A stretch of 64,000 nt of DNA from Spirochaetota bacterium (GTDB taxonomy: Bacteria; Spirochaetota; UBA12135; COTS27), in NCBI GenBank assembly GCA_965249715.1, contig CBDFMP010000049.1, positions 8,547 through 72,546 on the forward strand, given 5' to 3'. The position numbers and the translations under genes were made by a program. The notes beneath the pieces were generated by a model. The model was not told where the DNA came from and ran no database searches. It saw nothing but the letters and a program-made list of their open reading frames with translations. Shown in pieces: positions 1-11,308 of this stretch. Numbering within the stretch: position 1 is the first letter of the stretch; every line of letters starts with the position of its first letter.

Positions 1-2
1 AT

Positions 3-317
3 ATGTCCGCAAAAGCTGCTCACGCGCTTTTTACTAATGAAAATTTTTGGAAGTTATCGCGTAAGTGGTCAAGAGAAAGCTGGAATGATTTTGATAAGGA
101 AATGATTTCATTTGTTGGCGCTGATTGGAAGGAACGAGCAGATTGGGAGAATATATTTGAAAATTCAAACAGAAATCACGTGATGTTAAATATGGCGGCT
201 GAAGTAATTTTATCGTTTGATTTTCATGAAATTTCAAAAATGGATTTAAACGATGATGCCCTTGTTACTTTCTTTGGAAAGGCAATGGAGAAAGTGATAA
301 AACTAATTGAGACTTAG
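3..317 (+). CDS. AT-rich hypothetical protein, probably the 3' part of a gene starting before the window
   Basis: 104-aa ORF at the window edge; visibly more AT-rich than neighbours; convergent on murJ. Confidence 0.55.
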   Translation: MSAKAAHALFTNENFWKLSRKWSRESWNDFDKEMISFVGADWKERADWENIFENSNRNHVMLNMAAEVILSFDFHEISKMDLNDDALVTFFGKAMEKVIKLIET

Positions 318-361
318 GGTACTAAGCGGGTTGCTGGTTACGATAGCTGGGTTGTGACCGT

Positions 362-504
362 TGTTTAGGATTGTTTATGCTTGCCGCCGGAACGCAGCTT
401 GGCAATGAGCTCCAATGTCTCAGCATGACCGCTGAGTACCAGGCAGAGCAGCGTTAAAATCCCCAAGAACCCTGCGGTAACAAAGATGTCAGCCGTTTCA
501 AAGA
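362..504 (-). repeat. Direct copy of the murJ 3' end (copy of 617..759)
   Basis: 143 bp, identical by eye, offset 255 bp, includes the stop codon. Confidence 0.95.
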
Positions 505-619
505 ACTTTTCTGTACGGTGGCTGCCAGCACTACCACTTCTGCTGTCGCTGGTTATACGGATTAAAATCAGCTCGCCGCATTGTGTTAGCCGCGTAGCTT
601 GTGCTTGTGCTTGTGCTGT

Positions 620-2269
620 TTAGGATTGTTTATGCTTGCCGCCGGAACGCAGCTTGGCAATGAGCTCCAATGTCTCAGCATGACCGCTGAGTACCAGGCA
701 GAGCAGCGTTAAAATCCCCAAGAACCCTGCGGTAACAAAGATGTCAGCCGTTTCAAAGAGTTTTTGTAAGATAACCGAACTACTGGTGACACTGAGTGCA
801 TCAAGCGCAAACGCGATAGGCTGGCGCAGAAAGTAAGTACTGATAACTGGAAGACTGAGGCAAAACACTGTGCGGGTGACTTGTCTGAGAATGTGGCTTG
901 TAAGGGGAAAGCTGAAAGTGCCGGGAGAACGACTCATCAGCACAATGAAGACGATACTGGTGAGCAATGCGCCGCAGCTGGCACCAAGCGCGACCATTGG
1001 GATGGTCGGCTGAAACTGAATGAGCAGCAGCACACTGCCAATGCTGGCACACAATGAGCAGGCAGCCACAATGACCACACTGCGCCCGCGCGTGCGCGCG
1101 TAAAGTGTTTGTGTGAACAGGCGGTTCAATGCAATAAACGGCAGCCCCAGTAGATGGAAAAATAGGCAGCCAGCGGTGAGGACAATGCTAGCTGCCGTGA
1201 AGGCACCAAAACCAAAAACAAGCGAGACAATGCTCTTGTACGTCAGGATGCCGACACACAGGGCAAAAGACGTACTCAGCAGGATGAGTGAGAGACTTTT
1301 TTTAAATGCTGTTTCAAAGTCCTGCAGCTGGTTTTGGCTGTGGTAACGCGACAGATCTGGGAACGCCGCGGTCAGTACGGGATACACCAGGAGGGCAAGC
1401 GGGAATTCACTGAGACGATTGGAGAAAAATAGGGCGGTGACGCCGCCCGCACCCAGACTGAGCGCGATGGGGTCCAGTAATAAAATTTGCAGGTGGTGCA
1501 GCAGCGCACTGAGCGTAACAGGTGTACTGAGGCGGCGCATGACGCGCAGCCGCGCACGTGTGAGACTTTTTAGACTGAAGCTTAACCGTAGCTTGCTGCT
1601 GCGCAGCGCCACGCGCATGAGCAGCACTTGACAGCCGCCGCCGATAAGCACGGCAGCACTGAGGATAAATGTAGCCGTTTTGAGGTTTGTTTGCTCAGAC
1701 GGCGTCTGAAACATCACAATGCTGATGCCTGCGATCATCGCCAAATTTAGCACGATGGGAAGGGCGGCAGCAACTTTAAAGCGTCCTTGTGTGTGCAGCA
1801 GCGCCGCTATAAGCGTGGCTACGGCTATGGCGATGAGGTAAGGGAAGAGAATGATGATGAGGAAACTGGTGTGTTGGGTGATGGCACTGGCGGATGTGCC
1901 TGCAGGAAATACTGCCGAGTGGTAAAATGCGCGACTGAGCCAGGGCGCACAGAGAATGCCCAGCGCGGTTACCGCACTGCTGGCGATGACGGTGACGGTG
2001 AATAGGAAGTTGAAATTCTGTTGTGTGTTTTTTTGGGCAGCGGACTGGTTGAGAATGGGGATGAAAACGGCGCTGGCAGCACCCTCAGCCAGAATACCGC
2101 GAAAAAAATTCGGTAGCTTGAACGCAAGTGTGAAGCTATCGGCAATGGCGGAAGTGGAGAACAATGCTCCCATGAGCGTGCTGCGCAGCTGCCCCAGCAC
2201 GCGGGAGACGAAAGTAAGCGAGGAAATGGCGCTTATATTTTTCAGGCGGAAGCTTGTTGGAACGGACAC
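620..2269 (-). CDS. murJ: Lipid II flippase MurJ (MviN)
   Basis: SRVLGQLR, AFKLPNFFR..AEGA and NRLSEFP motifs; many TM segments. Confidence 0.92.
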   Translation of the reverse strand: MSVPTSFRLKNISAISSLTFVSRVLGQLRSTLMGALFSTSAIADSFTLAFKLPNFFRGILAEGAASAVFIPILNQSAAQKNTQQNFNFLFTVTVIASSAVTALGILCAPWLSRAFYHSAVFPAGTSASAITQHTSFLIIILFPYLIAIAVATLIAALLHTQGRFKVAAALPIVLNLAMIAGISIVMFQTPSEQTNLKTATFILSAAVLIGGGCQVLLMRVALRSSKLRLSFSLKSLTRARLRVMRRLSTPVTLSALLHHLQILLLDPIALSLGAGGVTALFFSNRLSEFPLALLVYPVLTAAFPDLSRYHSQNQLQDFETAFKKSLSLILLSTSFALCVGILTYKSIVSLVFGFGAFTAASIVLTAGCLFFHLLGLPFIALNRLFTQTLYARTRGRSVVIVAACSLCASIGSVLLLIQFQPTIPMVALGASCGALLTSIVFIVLMSRSPGTFSFPLTSHILRQVTRTVFCLSLPVISTYFLRQPIAFALDALSVTSSSVILQKLFETADIFVTAGFLGILTLLCLVLSGHAETLELIAKLRSGGKHKQS

Positions 2270-2363
2270 AAGCTGGGGCCGGTGCGCTGCGGTAATTAAC
2301 TAGGCAAATGCAATGAACAGACTGCTGCGGTAGGCTAAAACAAACGCAGCAATGCCCAATGGA

Positions 2364-3404
<1,041 letters not shown>

Positions 3405-3470
3405 TTAATTGGAATTGCGGGAGAATGTGTGTGCGGGTTACCTACGGTTGTTTATGCTTAACAAACGGAA

Positions 3471-3598
3471 ATGCCCAGCCGCCTTGGAAAAACGAAGAAC
3501 CTGCAGCGGGTAGGAAAAAAGGAGAGTACAAAAGTCATGAGCTACACAAAAAGCTGTCCATGATGGCGGAGCTAATAATGGAGCGCATACGCTCAGTC
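3471..3598 (-). pseudogene. Divergent relic of part of the adjacent YccA-family gene (homologous to ~3783..3914)
   Basis: Translates TERMRSIISSAIM...FFLPA..SFFQGGW versus the gene's TDRMRSTIVSAIM...FFLPAGSFSIFQSGW. Confidence 0.8.
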
Positions 3599-4342
3599 CC
3601 TTCTTAAAATACTGAGCAAGCGGAGAATTGAAAGATACAGCCATACAAGCGTGACCAACAAACTGAACGCACAGTACCATTCCATGTATTTGGGGGCATT
3701 GAACGTCTCAGCGCGTTCAATCATATCGAAGTCCAGCAGTAATGTAAAAGCAGCCACAACAATCACAACAACAGAAATACCGATGCCCAGCCAGCCGCTT
3801 TGGAAAATGGAGAAACTGCCAGCAGGTAGGAAAAAGTTGAGTATAAATGATATAAGATACAAAAAAAAGACGCCCATGATGGCAGAGACGATAGTAGAGC
3901 GCATACGGTCGGTCACTTTTACAATGCCGCTGCGGTAAAGCACCATCATGATAAAAAAGACAATGATGGTGCCAAGCACAGCCTGAACGGCGATGCCTGG
4001 GTACGAGGCTTCCATAAATCGTGAAATGCCGCCCAGTAGAACACCCTCCAAAACTGCATAAATAGGCGCAGTGACGGGTGCAACGGTGGGCTTAAACACA
4101 GTGACAAGGGCAACAATGAGTGCAGCAATCGCTGCCACAACTGTAAGTCCGCCCAAAGCCATATTCCAGCTGAGCACGGAAGTGGCGAAGACGATGCTGA
4201 TAAGCAAAGTGGCTTTATTGATGGCACCATTGGCGGTCATGACGCCAGCTGTGCTGTGTGCGTTGGCAGCATTGTGGAAGCGCTGCTCACTCATCATTGG
4301 GTTATTGCTGGTTTTGGAGTAGATTTTTGATTTTATAGTCAT
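3593..4342 (-). CDS. Bax inhibitor-1/YccA family membrane protein
   Basis: SNNP, YAVLEG, YPGIAVQAV, LLLDFDMIE, EWY.AF.LLVTLVWLYLSILRLL. Confidence 0.9.
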   Translation of the reverse strand: MTIKSKIYSKTSNNPMMSEQRFHNAANAHSTAGVMTANGAINKATLLISIVFATSVLSWNMALGGLTVVAAIAALIVALVTVFKPTVAPVTAPIYAVLEGVLLGGISRFMEASYPGIAVQAVLGTIIVFFIMMVLYRSGIVKVTDRMRSTIVSAIMGVFFLYLISFILNFFLPAGSFSIFQSGWLGIGISVVVIVVAAFTLLLDFDMIERAETFNAPKYMEWYCAFSLLVTLVWLYLSILRLLSILRRD

Positions 4343-4598
4343 AATAGGGGGTTAATTTGTTTAAAATAGCTATTTAATGGTTTTATTCGTAATTTTTTAT
4401 AAACGGAATTGAATTTTAATTGTGCGCATGTGCAGCGTATTAATAATATATAATGTAACATACTAAAGCGTATGTAAATAAAATAATTTTATGTGCGTGT
4501 TTTTAGGTTTTTTAATATTTAGGCGATACTTTATCTGTGAACAAAATTTGCAAACAAGTAGTCGCATGCAACAAAAAATCACGTAAAACAACAATTAA

Positions 4599-6371
4599 TT
4601 GAATATTTTTAACAGGCAGGGCTTTAGTGTGGAGACATATCAGAAAATAGTAGAACGGGTAGGAGTTATGATAACGGAGAAAAAAAGCGGTGGAACGCGA
4701 TGGTTTTTTGATAAAACCATCGATACACTGCAGTTATATCGCGCAGCACTTGGCGCGGAAAAGGAGAAAAATGAGGCATTGTGGGCTACTCTTGCAGGGG
4801 TTTTTATGTTAAAAAACAGAACACTCGTGAGAACGCGGGAGCGTCTGCAATATACAGCCAATATTTTTTACGATAATTTAAGCCATCAGTATGTGGCACG
4901 CGAAAGCGGATATGCCTATTACGATGAAGCAGAAGCTGAGGTGATGTTATTGCCATTTATTCATATCAATGTCATGAAGACATGCGCACAGCTCCTGGTA
5001 CCACCGCGCGAATTTCTTAGCGAAGATGTCAATTTGAAACTTCTCAAACAAGAATTGCAGAAATTGAACCTGAAACTGGACGATCATGAACTGCAAACTG
5101 GCAAGCTTGATAAGCTGTTCAACAGTACCGGGGGACGCCTCTTGCTTAAAGAGGGGATTTTGCCAGTGCAGCTGCAGGTGGGCAAGGTGATGTTGAATTT
5201 GCCGGGCATGGAACTGCAGCTGCTTAAAGAGCAGACGCCGTACGGGTTTTTAAATCCCGCACAACGCAAGTGTATGCTTCATGTTTATAAGGATCAAGCA
5301 ATCGGTAATTATGAATTGCCGATTGCACCGCGTGCCGGTAAAGACATTTATGACAAAATCATTCCAAGTCCTTCACGGGTTACAGCTGAACAATTTTTAG
5401 GTTATGGGCCGGGTTTGCATGTCGATAAAATAACGAAAAAGGTTTATGCCAGTACAGAAGGAAGCTTGCGGTTTGCTTTAACGCGTATTCCAATGGTAAC
5501 GCCGCTGCACACGCGCACACAAGACATCAGAGAATTTGTGATGAGCCAGCAGGACTTAGTGATTGAAGGCTCTGTTTTGACAAATGGGTTTTTGCAATGC
5601 AGCGGTAATGTGCTGATCCGTGGAAATATCCAAGGCGGCAAGGTTTTTGTTGATGGTGAGCTATTGGTGGAAGGCGGTGTGCATCATAAAGCCTATGTAA
5701 AAGTGGGCAAGGACATGGAATGTCAGTATGTTTCAGGAGCCACCATTGTTTCACATGCAATGGTGCGCGTACGTAAATATGTCGTGAATTCTCAGCTCAT
5801 CGCATTAGGCGGGTTGTGTGTAGAAGACCCGACAGCTGGGCGCATACTGGGCGGAGAGTGTTTTGTGGGCGGGGGAGTGGCTGCGGCCGTGGGCGGCTCC
5901 TTGCGCGGAGTGAATACGGCGGTGGAAGTGCTGCGCCATCCGCAGCGGTATTTGATTAAAATGGAGCTCACTGAATTAGTCCCGCGTAATGAGCTTTTAA
6001 CGAAACAGCTGGAACTCTTAAAACGCCGCCATGGCGCGCGCTGCCTGGATGAAACAGTGCCGCTTAGTGAATTTGCATCCGCTAAACATGAGGTAATTAA
6101 AGCGATGCGCAAACAGGTAAGCTATTTGTACAACGAATTAAAAAATTTGGAACGCCGGCAGCAGGAACTGGAAGAGTTATTGCGGCATCCAATTGCGGCA
6201 GCCAATCCCCCAACGCCGCCAACCGTGCGCTTCATGCGTAATGTTTTCCCAGGTCTGCGCGTCACCATTTGCAATTACAGTAAGCTGGTTCATCAGCACG
6301 GCAATGGTGTTGAATTTCTTTTTGATGAAAAACGCCGCAAACTGGGGCAACGTTCCATCGTTCCATTTTAG
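4599..6371 (+). CDS. FapA/DUF342 family protein (start uncertain)
   Basis: GKDIYDKII, Gly/Val-rich beta-helix repeats (GNVLIRGNIQGG), coiled coil, VFPGLRVTI C-terminus. Confidence 0.75.
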   Translation: MNIFNRQGFSVETYQKIVERVGVMITEKKSGGTRWFFDKTIDTLQLYRAALGAEKEKNEALWATLAGVFMLKNRTLVRTRERLQYTANIFYDNLSHQYVARESGYAYYDEAEAEVMLLPFIHINVMKTCAQLLVPPREFLSEDVNLKLLKQELQKLNLKLDDHELQTGKLDKLFNSTGGRLLLKEGILPVQLQVGKVMLNLPGMELQLLKEQTPYGFLNPAQRKCMLHVYKDQAIGNYELPIAPRAGKDIYDKIIPSPSRVTAEQFLGYGPGLHVDKITKKVYASTEGSLRFALTRIPMVTPLHTRTQDIREFVMSQQDLVIEGSVLTNGFLQCSGNVLIRGNIQGGKVFVDGELLVEGGVHHKAYVKVGKDMECQYVSGATIVSHAMVRVRKYVVNSQLIALGGLCVEDPTAGRILGGECFVGGGVAAAVGGSLRGVNTAVEVLRHPQRYLIKMELTELVPRNELLTKQLELLKRRHGARCLDETVPLSEFASAKHEVIKAMRKQVSYLYNELKNLERRQQELEELLRHPIAAANPPTPPTVRFMRNVFPGLRVTICNYSKLVHQHGNGVEFLFDEKRRKLGQRSIVPF

Positions 6372-6386
6372 CATAACAGCGGATGG

Positions 6387-7265
6387 TTGTTTGTGGAGAT
6401 GGGCCAGAACCCAAGCTTGCAGCATGCGCAGGCAGAACTGAGTAGCGCTATTCAGCCGCTCCTGCGCAGCGGACGTTCACAGTGCTGGGCGGCAGGCGGA
6501 ACATTGGTGCTGGTGGATCCGCCTTTGCCTGCAGCACTGAATATGGAGCGCGACGAAACCTTGTTTCGTTATATGGAGAATGTTTATCCAGCAGCTGAAG
6601 CTTCCCGCCAAACATTGTGGGACAGTTTTGTTTTTGTGCGCGTCTATCGCTGGCTGCGCCCGGCAATTACGCTGGGACGCCATCAGCTGGCTGCTGAAAC
6701 ATTCCTGGATATGAAACGTGTGGCAGCAGCAGGTATTCCCGTAGTGCGGCGCATTACCGGCGGACAGGCTGTCTTACATGTAGCGGAGCTTACTTATTCA
6801 GTAGTGGCATCGCGCCGCCACCCGCGCTTGGGCGGCAATATTCGTGCCAGCTATGAAGCGATTGCCGCTATTTTACTGCGTTTCTTAGCAGCCCTAGGTG
6901 CAGCACCTAATGCTGCTGCGGCTCACTTTGTTCAAACACAGCGCAGAACTGCCCATATTTGTTACGACAGCATTGGCTGGGCGGAAGTGACACTTGGCGG
7001 AAAAAAACTTGTGGGCGCCGCACAACGGCGCGGACGTTATGCCTTTTTGCAACACGGTTCCCTGCCCTTGCTGCATACGGGAATGACACTCAGTGACTGG
7101 CTGCTGCCGCAGCAAATTCCTCAGCAGCGCAGCAATCCCCATGCTGTGTTAAGTGAAATTACCGCTTGCGCACATGCTGCCCACCATGCACCACAGCAGC
7201 TGGCACAGCAGCTGGCTCAGTGTTTTTTTGAGACTTTGACTGAACCCCGCCCGGCAAATTGCTGA
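6387..7265 (+). CDS. Lipoate-protein ligase family (LplA/LipM-like)
   Basis: NMERDE, VVRRITGGQAVLH, KLVGAAQRR, LQHGS. Confidence 0.88.
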   Translation: MFVEMGQNPSLQHAQAELSSAIQPLLRSGRSQCWAAGGTLVLVDPPLPAALNMERDETLFRYMENVYPAAEASRQTLWDSFVFVRVYRWLRPAITLGRHQLAAETFLDMKRVAAAGIPVVRRITGGQAVLHVAELTYSVVASRRHPRLGGNIRASYEAIAAILLRFLAALGAAPNAAAAHFVQTQRRTAHICYDSIGWAEVTLGGKKLVGAAQRRGRYAFLQHGSLPLLHTGMTLSDWLLPQQIPQQRSNPHAVLSEITACAHAAHHAPQQLAQQLAQCFFETLTEPRPANC

Positions 7266-7350
7266 ATTTCCAAGATCTTACATTGTTAGTGGATTTTGAT
7301 GATACAATGATAATGGTTTGGGCAAAAATAACCAATACTGAACCAGTCTA

Positions 7351-8988
7351 ATGAACCCAACTAATACCGCAGCACCGCCTGCTGTCTCTTTGTACGATAC
7401 CTCCTTGCGCGATGGCTTGCAGGGTGAAAAAATTAAACTCAGCCTTGAAGATAAACTTTTGGTGGTTGAAGAGTTAGATAGTCTGGGACTGCACTACATA
7501 GAAGGTGGGTTCCCGCTGGCCAGTGAGCAGGAGTTGACTTTTTTTAAACGCGTCAAACAGCTTAAACTTAAACACGCAGCAATCGCAGCATTTGGCAGCA
7601 CACGCTCACCAAGTGAGCGTGTGGAAAATTCCGCGCATTTGCAGGCGCTCTTGCGCGCAGAAACATCAGTGGTCACAATCGTCGGCAAATCCTGGGAACG
7701 CCATGTACGTGAGGTGTTGCGAACAACACCCGCAGAAAATTTGCGTATGATCGAGCAATCGGTAGCCTGGCTCAAACGCCATGAGCTGGAAGTTATTTAT
7801 GACGCTGAACATTTTTTCGATGGTTATCAAGCTGATCCCGAACATGCTTTAAAAACATTGCGTGCAGCCTGCGCAGGTGGTGCCGATCTGGTGGTGCTCT
7901 GTGATACCAATGGCGGCATGTTCCATCAAGAATTGCTTGCTGCCGTGAAAGCAGTGGCTGCAGATGTTAACATCGCACACTTTGGCATTCATCTGCATAA
8001 CGATACCGGTATGGCTGTTGCTAATTCGCTGCTGAGCTTGGAAGCGGGCTGTACACAGATCCAAGGCACCCTCAATGGCTGGGGTGAACGCTGCGGTAAT
8101 ACGAATTTGGCACTGGTGATCGGCAATCTGCACTTTAAGTTGGGACGCAGTCCGCTGACCGCTGAACACTTGCGGCACTTAACCTATGCAAGCAGACGTT
8201 TGAATGAAATTGCCAATATTCCCAATGATGATAAATGCGGTTATGTGGGACGCAGCGCTTTTGCGCATAAAGCAGGACAGCATGCCGATGTCATTTTGAA
8301 ATCGGCTGAGCTGATGGAACATATGGACGCACAAGCAGTCGGCAATACACGACGCGTCTTATTATCGGAATTGGCAGGACGCGCCACAGTCGCCGTTAAA
8401 CTCAATAGGTTCGGCGCATTTGATAAAAATGCTGCCGAAGTCAAAATGCTGGTTGCCAAACTCAAACGCGCTGAACAAATCGGTTATGAATATGAGGCGG
8501 CAGAAGCTTCTTTCGATTTAATCATTCGCCAAACATTGGGGCAGTACCGTAAATTGTTTGAGCTAATAGAATACGGAGTTTCTATTGAAAGCGCACGGAT
8601 GGAGGCTGCTGAAGAAACAATGGTTCCCGAACGCACAAATGCTTTTGTGCGTGTGCGTGTGGCGGGTAAGGAACTTGCCGGCATTGCGGCGGGCAAGGGC
8701 CCTGTGGGGTCCCTGGACAGTGCCTTGCGTAAGGCACTGGTACCTGTTTTTCCCTTTATAGCCGAACTAAGTTTGTCCAACTATAAGGTGCGTGTCTTAG
8801 ATGGCCCTACAGCAGCCACCGCTGCAAGCACACGCGTACTCATCGAAACACAATCAAAAAATCCAAACTGGCCATTTAAACGTTGGGAAACTATCGGCGT
8901 TTCTGCTAATATTATCGATGCTTCATGGCAGGCACTTGTCGATTCTTTTGAATTTATTTACAATGAATTGGGAAATGGCATAAAATAA
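7351..8988 (+). CDS. cimA: Citramalate synthase
   Basis: DTSLRDGLQGE, YIEGGFP, DAEHFFDGY, LCDTNGG, HLHND, GERCGN, AFAHKAG. Confidence 0.9.
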   Translation: MNPTNTAAPPAVSLYDTSLRDGLQGEKIKLSLEDKLLVVEELDSLGLHYIEGGFPLASEQELTFFKRVKQLKLKHAAIAAFGSTRSPSERVENSAHLQALLRAETSVVTIVGKSWERHVREVLRTTPAENLRMIEQSVAWLKRHELEVIYDAEHFFDGYQADPEHALKTLRAACAGGADLVVLCDTNGGMFHQELLAAVKAVAADVNIAHFGIHLHNDTGMAVANSLLSLEAGCTQIQGTLNGWGERCGNTNLALVIGNLHFKLGRSPLTAEHLRHLTYASRRLNEIANIPNDDKCGYVGRSAFAHKAGQHADVILKSAELMEHMDAQAVGNTRRVLLSELAGRATVAVKLNRFGAFDKNAAEVKMLVAKLKRAEQIGYEYEAAEASFDLIIRQTLGQYRKLFELIEYGVSIESARMEAAEETMVPERTNAFVRVRVAGKELAGIAAGKGPVGSLDSALRKALVPVFPFIAELSLSNYKVRVLDGPTAATAASTRVLIETQSKNPNWPFKRWETIGVSANIIDASWQALVDSFEFIYNELGNGIK

Positions 8989-9054
8989 TAAAATAATATT
9001 GCCGCCGCGTGCATATTTTCAGGCTTTTACTTGTTATTTCACCGTTAAATTGCT

Positions 9055-9081
9055 TTAAGTTAAGCTTCAGGGTACCGATAA
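9055..9081 (+). promoter_or_regulatory. Sigma-28 (FliA)-type promoter
   Basis: TTAAGTTA-N11-ACCGATAA versus consensus TAAAGTTT-N11-GCCGATAA, upstream of an FlgM-like ORF. Confidence 0.7.
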
Positions 9082-9155
9082 TTAAAATAATGATTTTATT
9101 CAATCACTAAGCTATTTTATTGTGATTGAATTTTTTTTGTTTACACGGAGAGTCA

Positions 9156-9431
9156 ATGATGACAATTGATAAGTTGCCCGGCATTGGTCAGCAGTTGTAC
9201 GGGGCATCCAAAAGAATTGGCCAGCTTAATAAGCTGCCGCAGTCGCCGCAGGGCGATTCTATTAAAATTTCAGTTTCCGCACAAGCTAAACTAGACACTG
9301 AGCGGATGGCGTTGGCCAAAACACGCTTGGGACAGCATCTTAACAATGGTGTCATTGCTCCAGCTGTCCTTGAACGTGTGACTGATAAAATTGCCGCTGA
9401 ACTGGGTTATCAGCATGGTGTTCAATCATAA
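9156..9431 (+). CDS. flgM: FlgM-like anti-sigma-28 factor
   Basis: MTIDKL start, DSIKISVSAQ motif, small size, GGAG RBS, sigma-28 promoter. Confidence 0.6.
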   Translation: MMTIDKLPGIGQQLYGASKRIGQLNKLPQSPQGDSIKISVSAQAKLDTERMALAKTRLGQHLNNGVIAPAVLERVTDKIAAELGYQHGVQS

Positions 9432-9536
9432 GTTGTAAGTGTCTCAGCGCAGCTTAACTGACCAAACTGAAAAATGTAACTATTTTTATCATTCCTGGCG
9501 GCGGGATGAAAGCCGCACATTCCCAGTTCTTTAAAC

Positions 9537-11153
9537 ATGGTCATAAACACCAGCGGTAGCAGGGGAAGTTTGGGTGGCTTTTGGCAGTGCAGGTTCATTG
9601 CCTTACCGCTGCCGCTACCACTATTGTTATTGTTTGGCAGAACGGGTTGTTTTGTCCTGATCTTCTTTTATTGCAGTGTTGCAGGGCAGCTCTGGGGACT
9701 GGAGCGGCACCACATTGCGCTTGCTGAGTTCACGTTTAAACAGGAAAATATATTCACGCGTGCCGATGGCGTGCTGGTACTGAAACACACAACGCGCCTG
9801 CCGCAGCCAGGTGCCGTACATTACAATTTTTCAGCTCACCCGCTCTCGCCGCCTGTACACTTCAGTACTCAGGGCTACTTGGGCACGGCTGCCGTGTTTG
9901 CGCACGGTAGTGCGCCAGTGCCTGTGCCCGTTCCCCAAGCGTGGCGTGCAGCGCACTCCACAGGGTGGGGCCTGCGATTTTATTTTTTTCCACGCAGTTT
10001 GTCCACAGCTGATGTGTTATTGGAACAGGTCAGAATTGCCTGGCGCCATCCGGCAGCCGCCCCTTACAGGGAACGGTGGGCCTTGGAATTGGACAATGGC
10101 AAACCAGTTGTGCATTTGGAAAATTTATTTCATTCCGACACCCAAGAACAGTCGCTGCGCATCATAAGCTCCGTGATGGCAAAATTGGAGACCTGGAATA
10201 AACTGGAACTGAGCTACAATCCTGCAACAGGCCTTGTCACTCAGTGGTTGAATGGCCAGCTGGCGGGCAGTGCCGCTGCGCGTGCCGCTGAAACGGGACA
10301 ACTTTATGCTTTTCAGTTTGCAGCATTGCCAACTGCTCCAACGTTTATGCTGGGAACGCATTTTGATGGGCTTATCGATGAATTAAGCTTTTATCCTGTA
10401 CCCTTGGCGCCGCAGCTGGGACAAACTGCACTGGCCGAGCGCAACGCGCCGTTTACCGCTAGCTGGAGCAGTCATGTTTTTCGCTTGCAGCCATTTACGC
10501 GCATTAAACAGCTTAAGCTTATTGGCACAAACATTGCACCGCAGGCAGTGACTGTTGTTGTTTGTGCCAGCTCCGCCTATTTTTCTGCATTGCATTTACC
10601 AATGTTTGAAACTGCCGCTGCCGCTAATACACAGCAAAAAATATCCACAGCCGCTTCACTGCCGCAGGGGCTGCAATGTGAAGCGCAGCCCCTGCGGCAG
10701 GATTTCACCATGCCCGCAGACACATTTTATTACCAACTGTTCCTGCTGATCAAGCAGCGCGGGTACCCTTATGCCGAAATGACGGCATTGGAACTGGATA
10801 CTGAACACGATCTGCCGCCCTTAACGCCCGTCATGACAGCTGTTAAAAGCTTTCCACGGGCTATTTTATTGCAGTTTAATGCCGGCCTTGAAGACGACTT
10901 AGCGGGTTATACGCTGCGCTATCGCCATGAACGCACCCAGCAGGTTACGGAGCTGCAGCTGCCCTTAACAACATTGCAGGCGCAGCAGCAGAGCCCGCAT
11001 GAATATACGTATTTACTTAACGGTCTCAGCCCAGGATTGCTTTATACACTTGAACTACGCGCTTATGATCGGATAATGAACGGAACAACACGCGTTTCAC
11101 GCCGCGCGGCACGGACAACTATTGCCACACCCATACAGCCCGAAGCATTCTAA
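9537..11153 (+). CDS. LamG-like jellyroll plus fibronectin type III domain protein
   Basis: WLNGQ, F.GLIDEL (LamG); DLAGYTLRY, LNGLSPGLLY.LELRAYD (FN3). Confidence 0.7.
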   Translation: MVINTSGSRGSLGGFWQCRFIALPLPLPLLLLFGRTGCFVLIFFYCSVAGQLWGLERHHIALAEFTFKQENIFTRADGVLVLKHTTRLPQPGAVHYNFSAHPLSPPVHFSTQGYLGTAAVFAHGSAPVPVPVPQAWRAAHSTGWGLRFYFFPRSLSTADVLLEQVRIAWRHPAAAPYRERWALELDNGKPVVHLENLFHSDTQEQSLRIISSVMAKLETWNKLELSYNPATGLVTQWLNGQLAGSAAARAAETGQLYAFQFAALPTAPTFMLGTHFDGLIDELSFYPVPLAPQLGQTALAERNAPFTASWSSHVFRLQPFTRIKQLKLIGTNIAPQAVTVVVCASSAYFSALHLPMFETAAAANTQQKISTAASLPQGLQCEAQPLRQDFTMPADTFYYQLFLLIKQRGYPYAEMTALELDTEHDLPPLTPVMTAVKSFPRAILLQFNAGLEDDLAGYTLRYRHERTQQVTELQLPLTTLQAQQQSPHEYTYLLNGLSPGLLYTLELRAYDRIMNGTTRVSRRAARTTIATPIQPEAF

Positions 11154-11308
11154 GGCAGCAGTGCTGCAGGATTCAGTCAGTATGCTGCGTTATTCATTTC
11201 GTTTGCAGCCATTAACACAGCTCTTAGAGTATAATCATTAGGCAGAAGTGTCTTGTTGCCGTGCTGGCTTAGTGGGATAACATGTTATAGCAGCTCAGTG
11301 GTTTCAGT

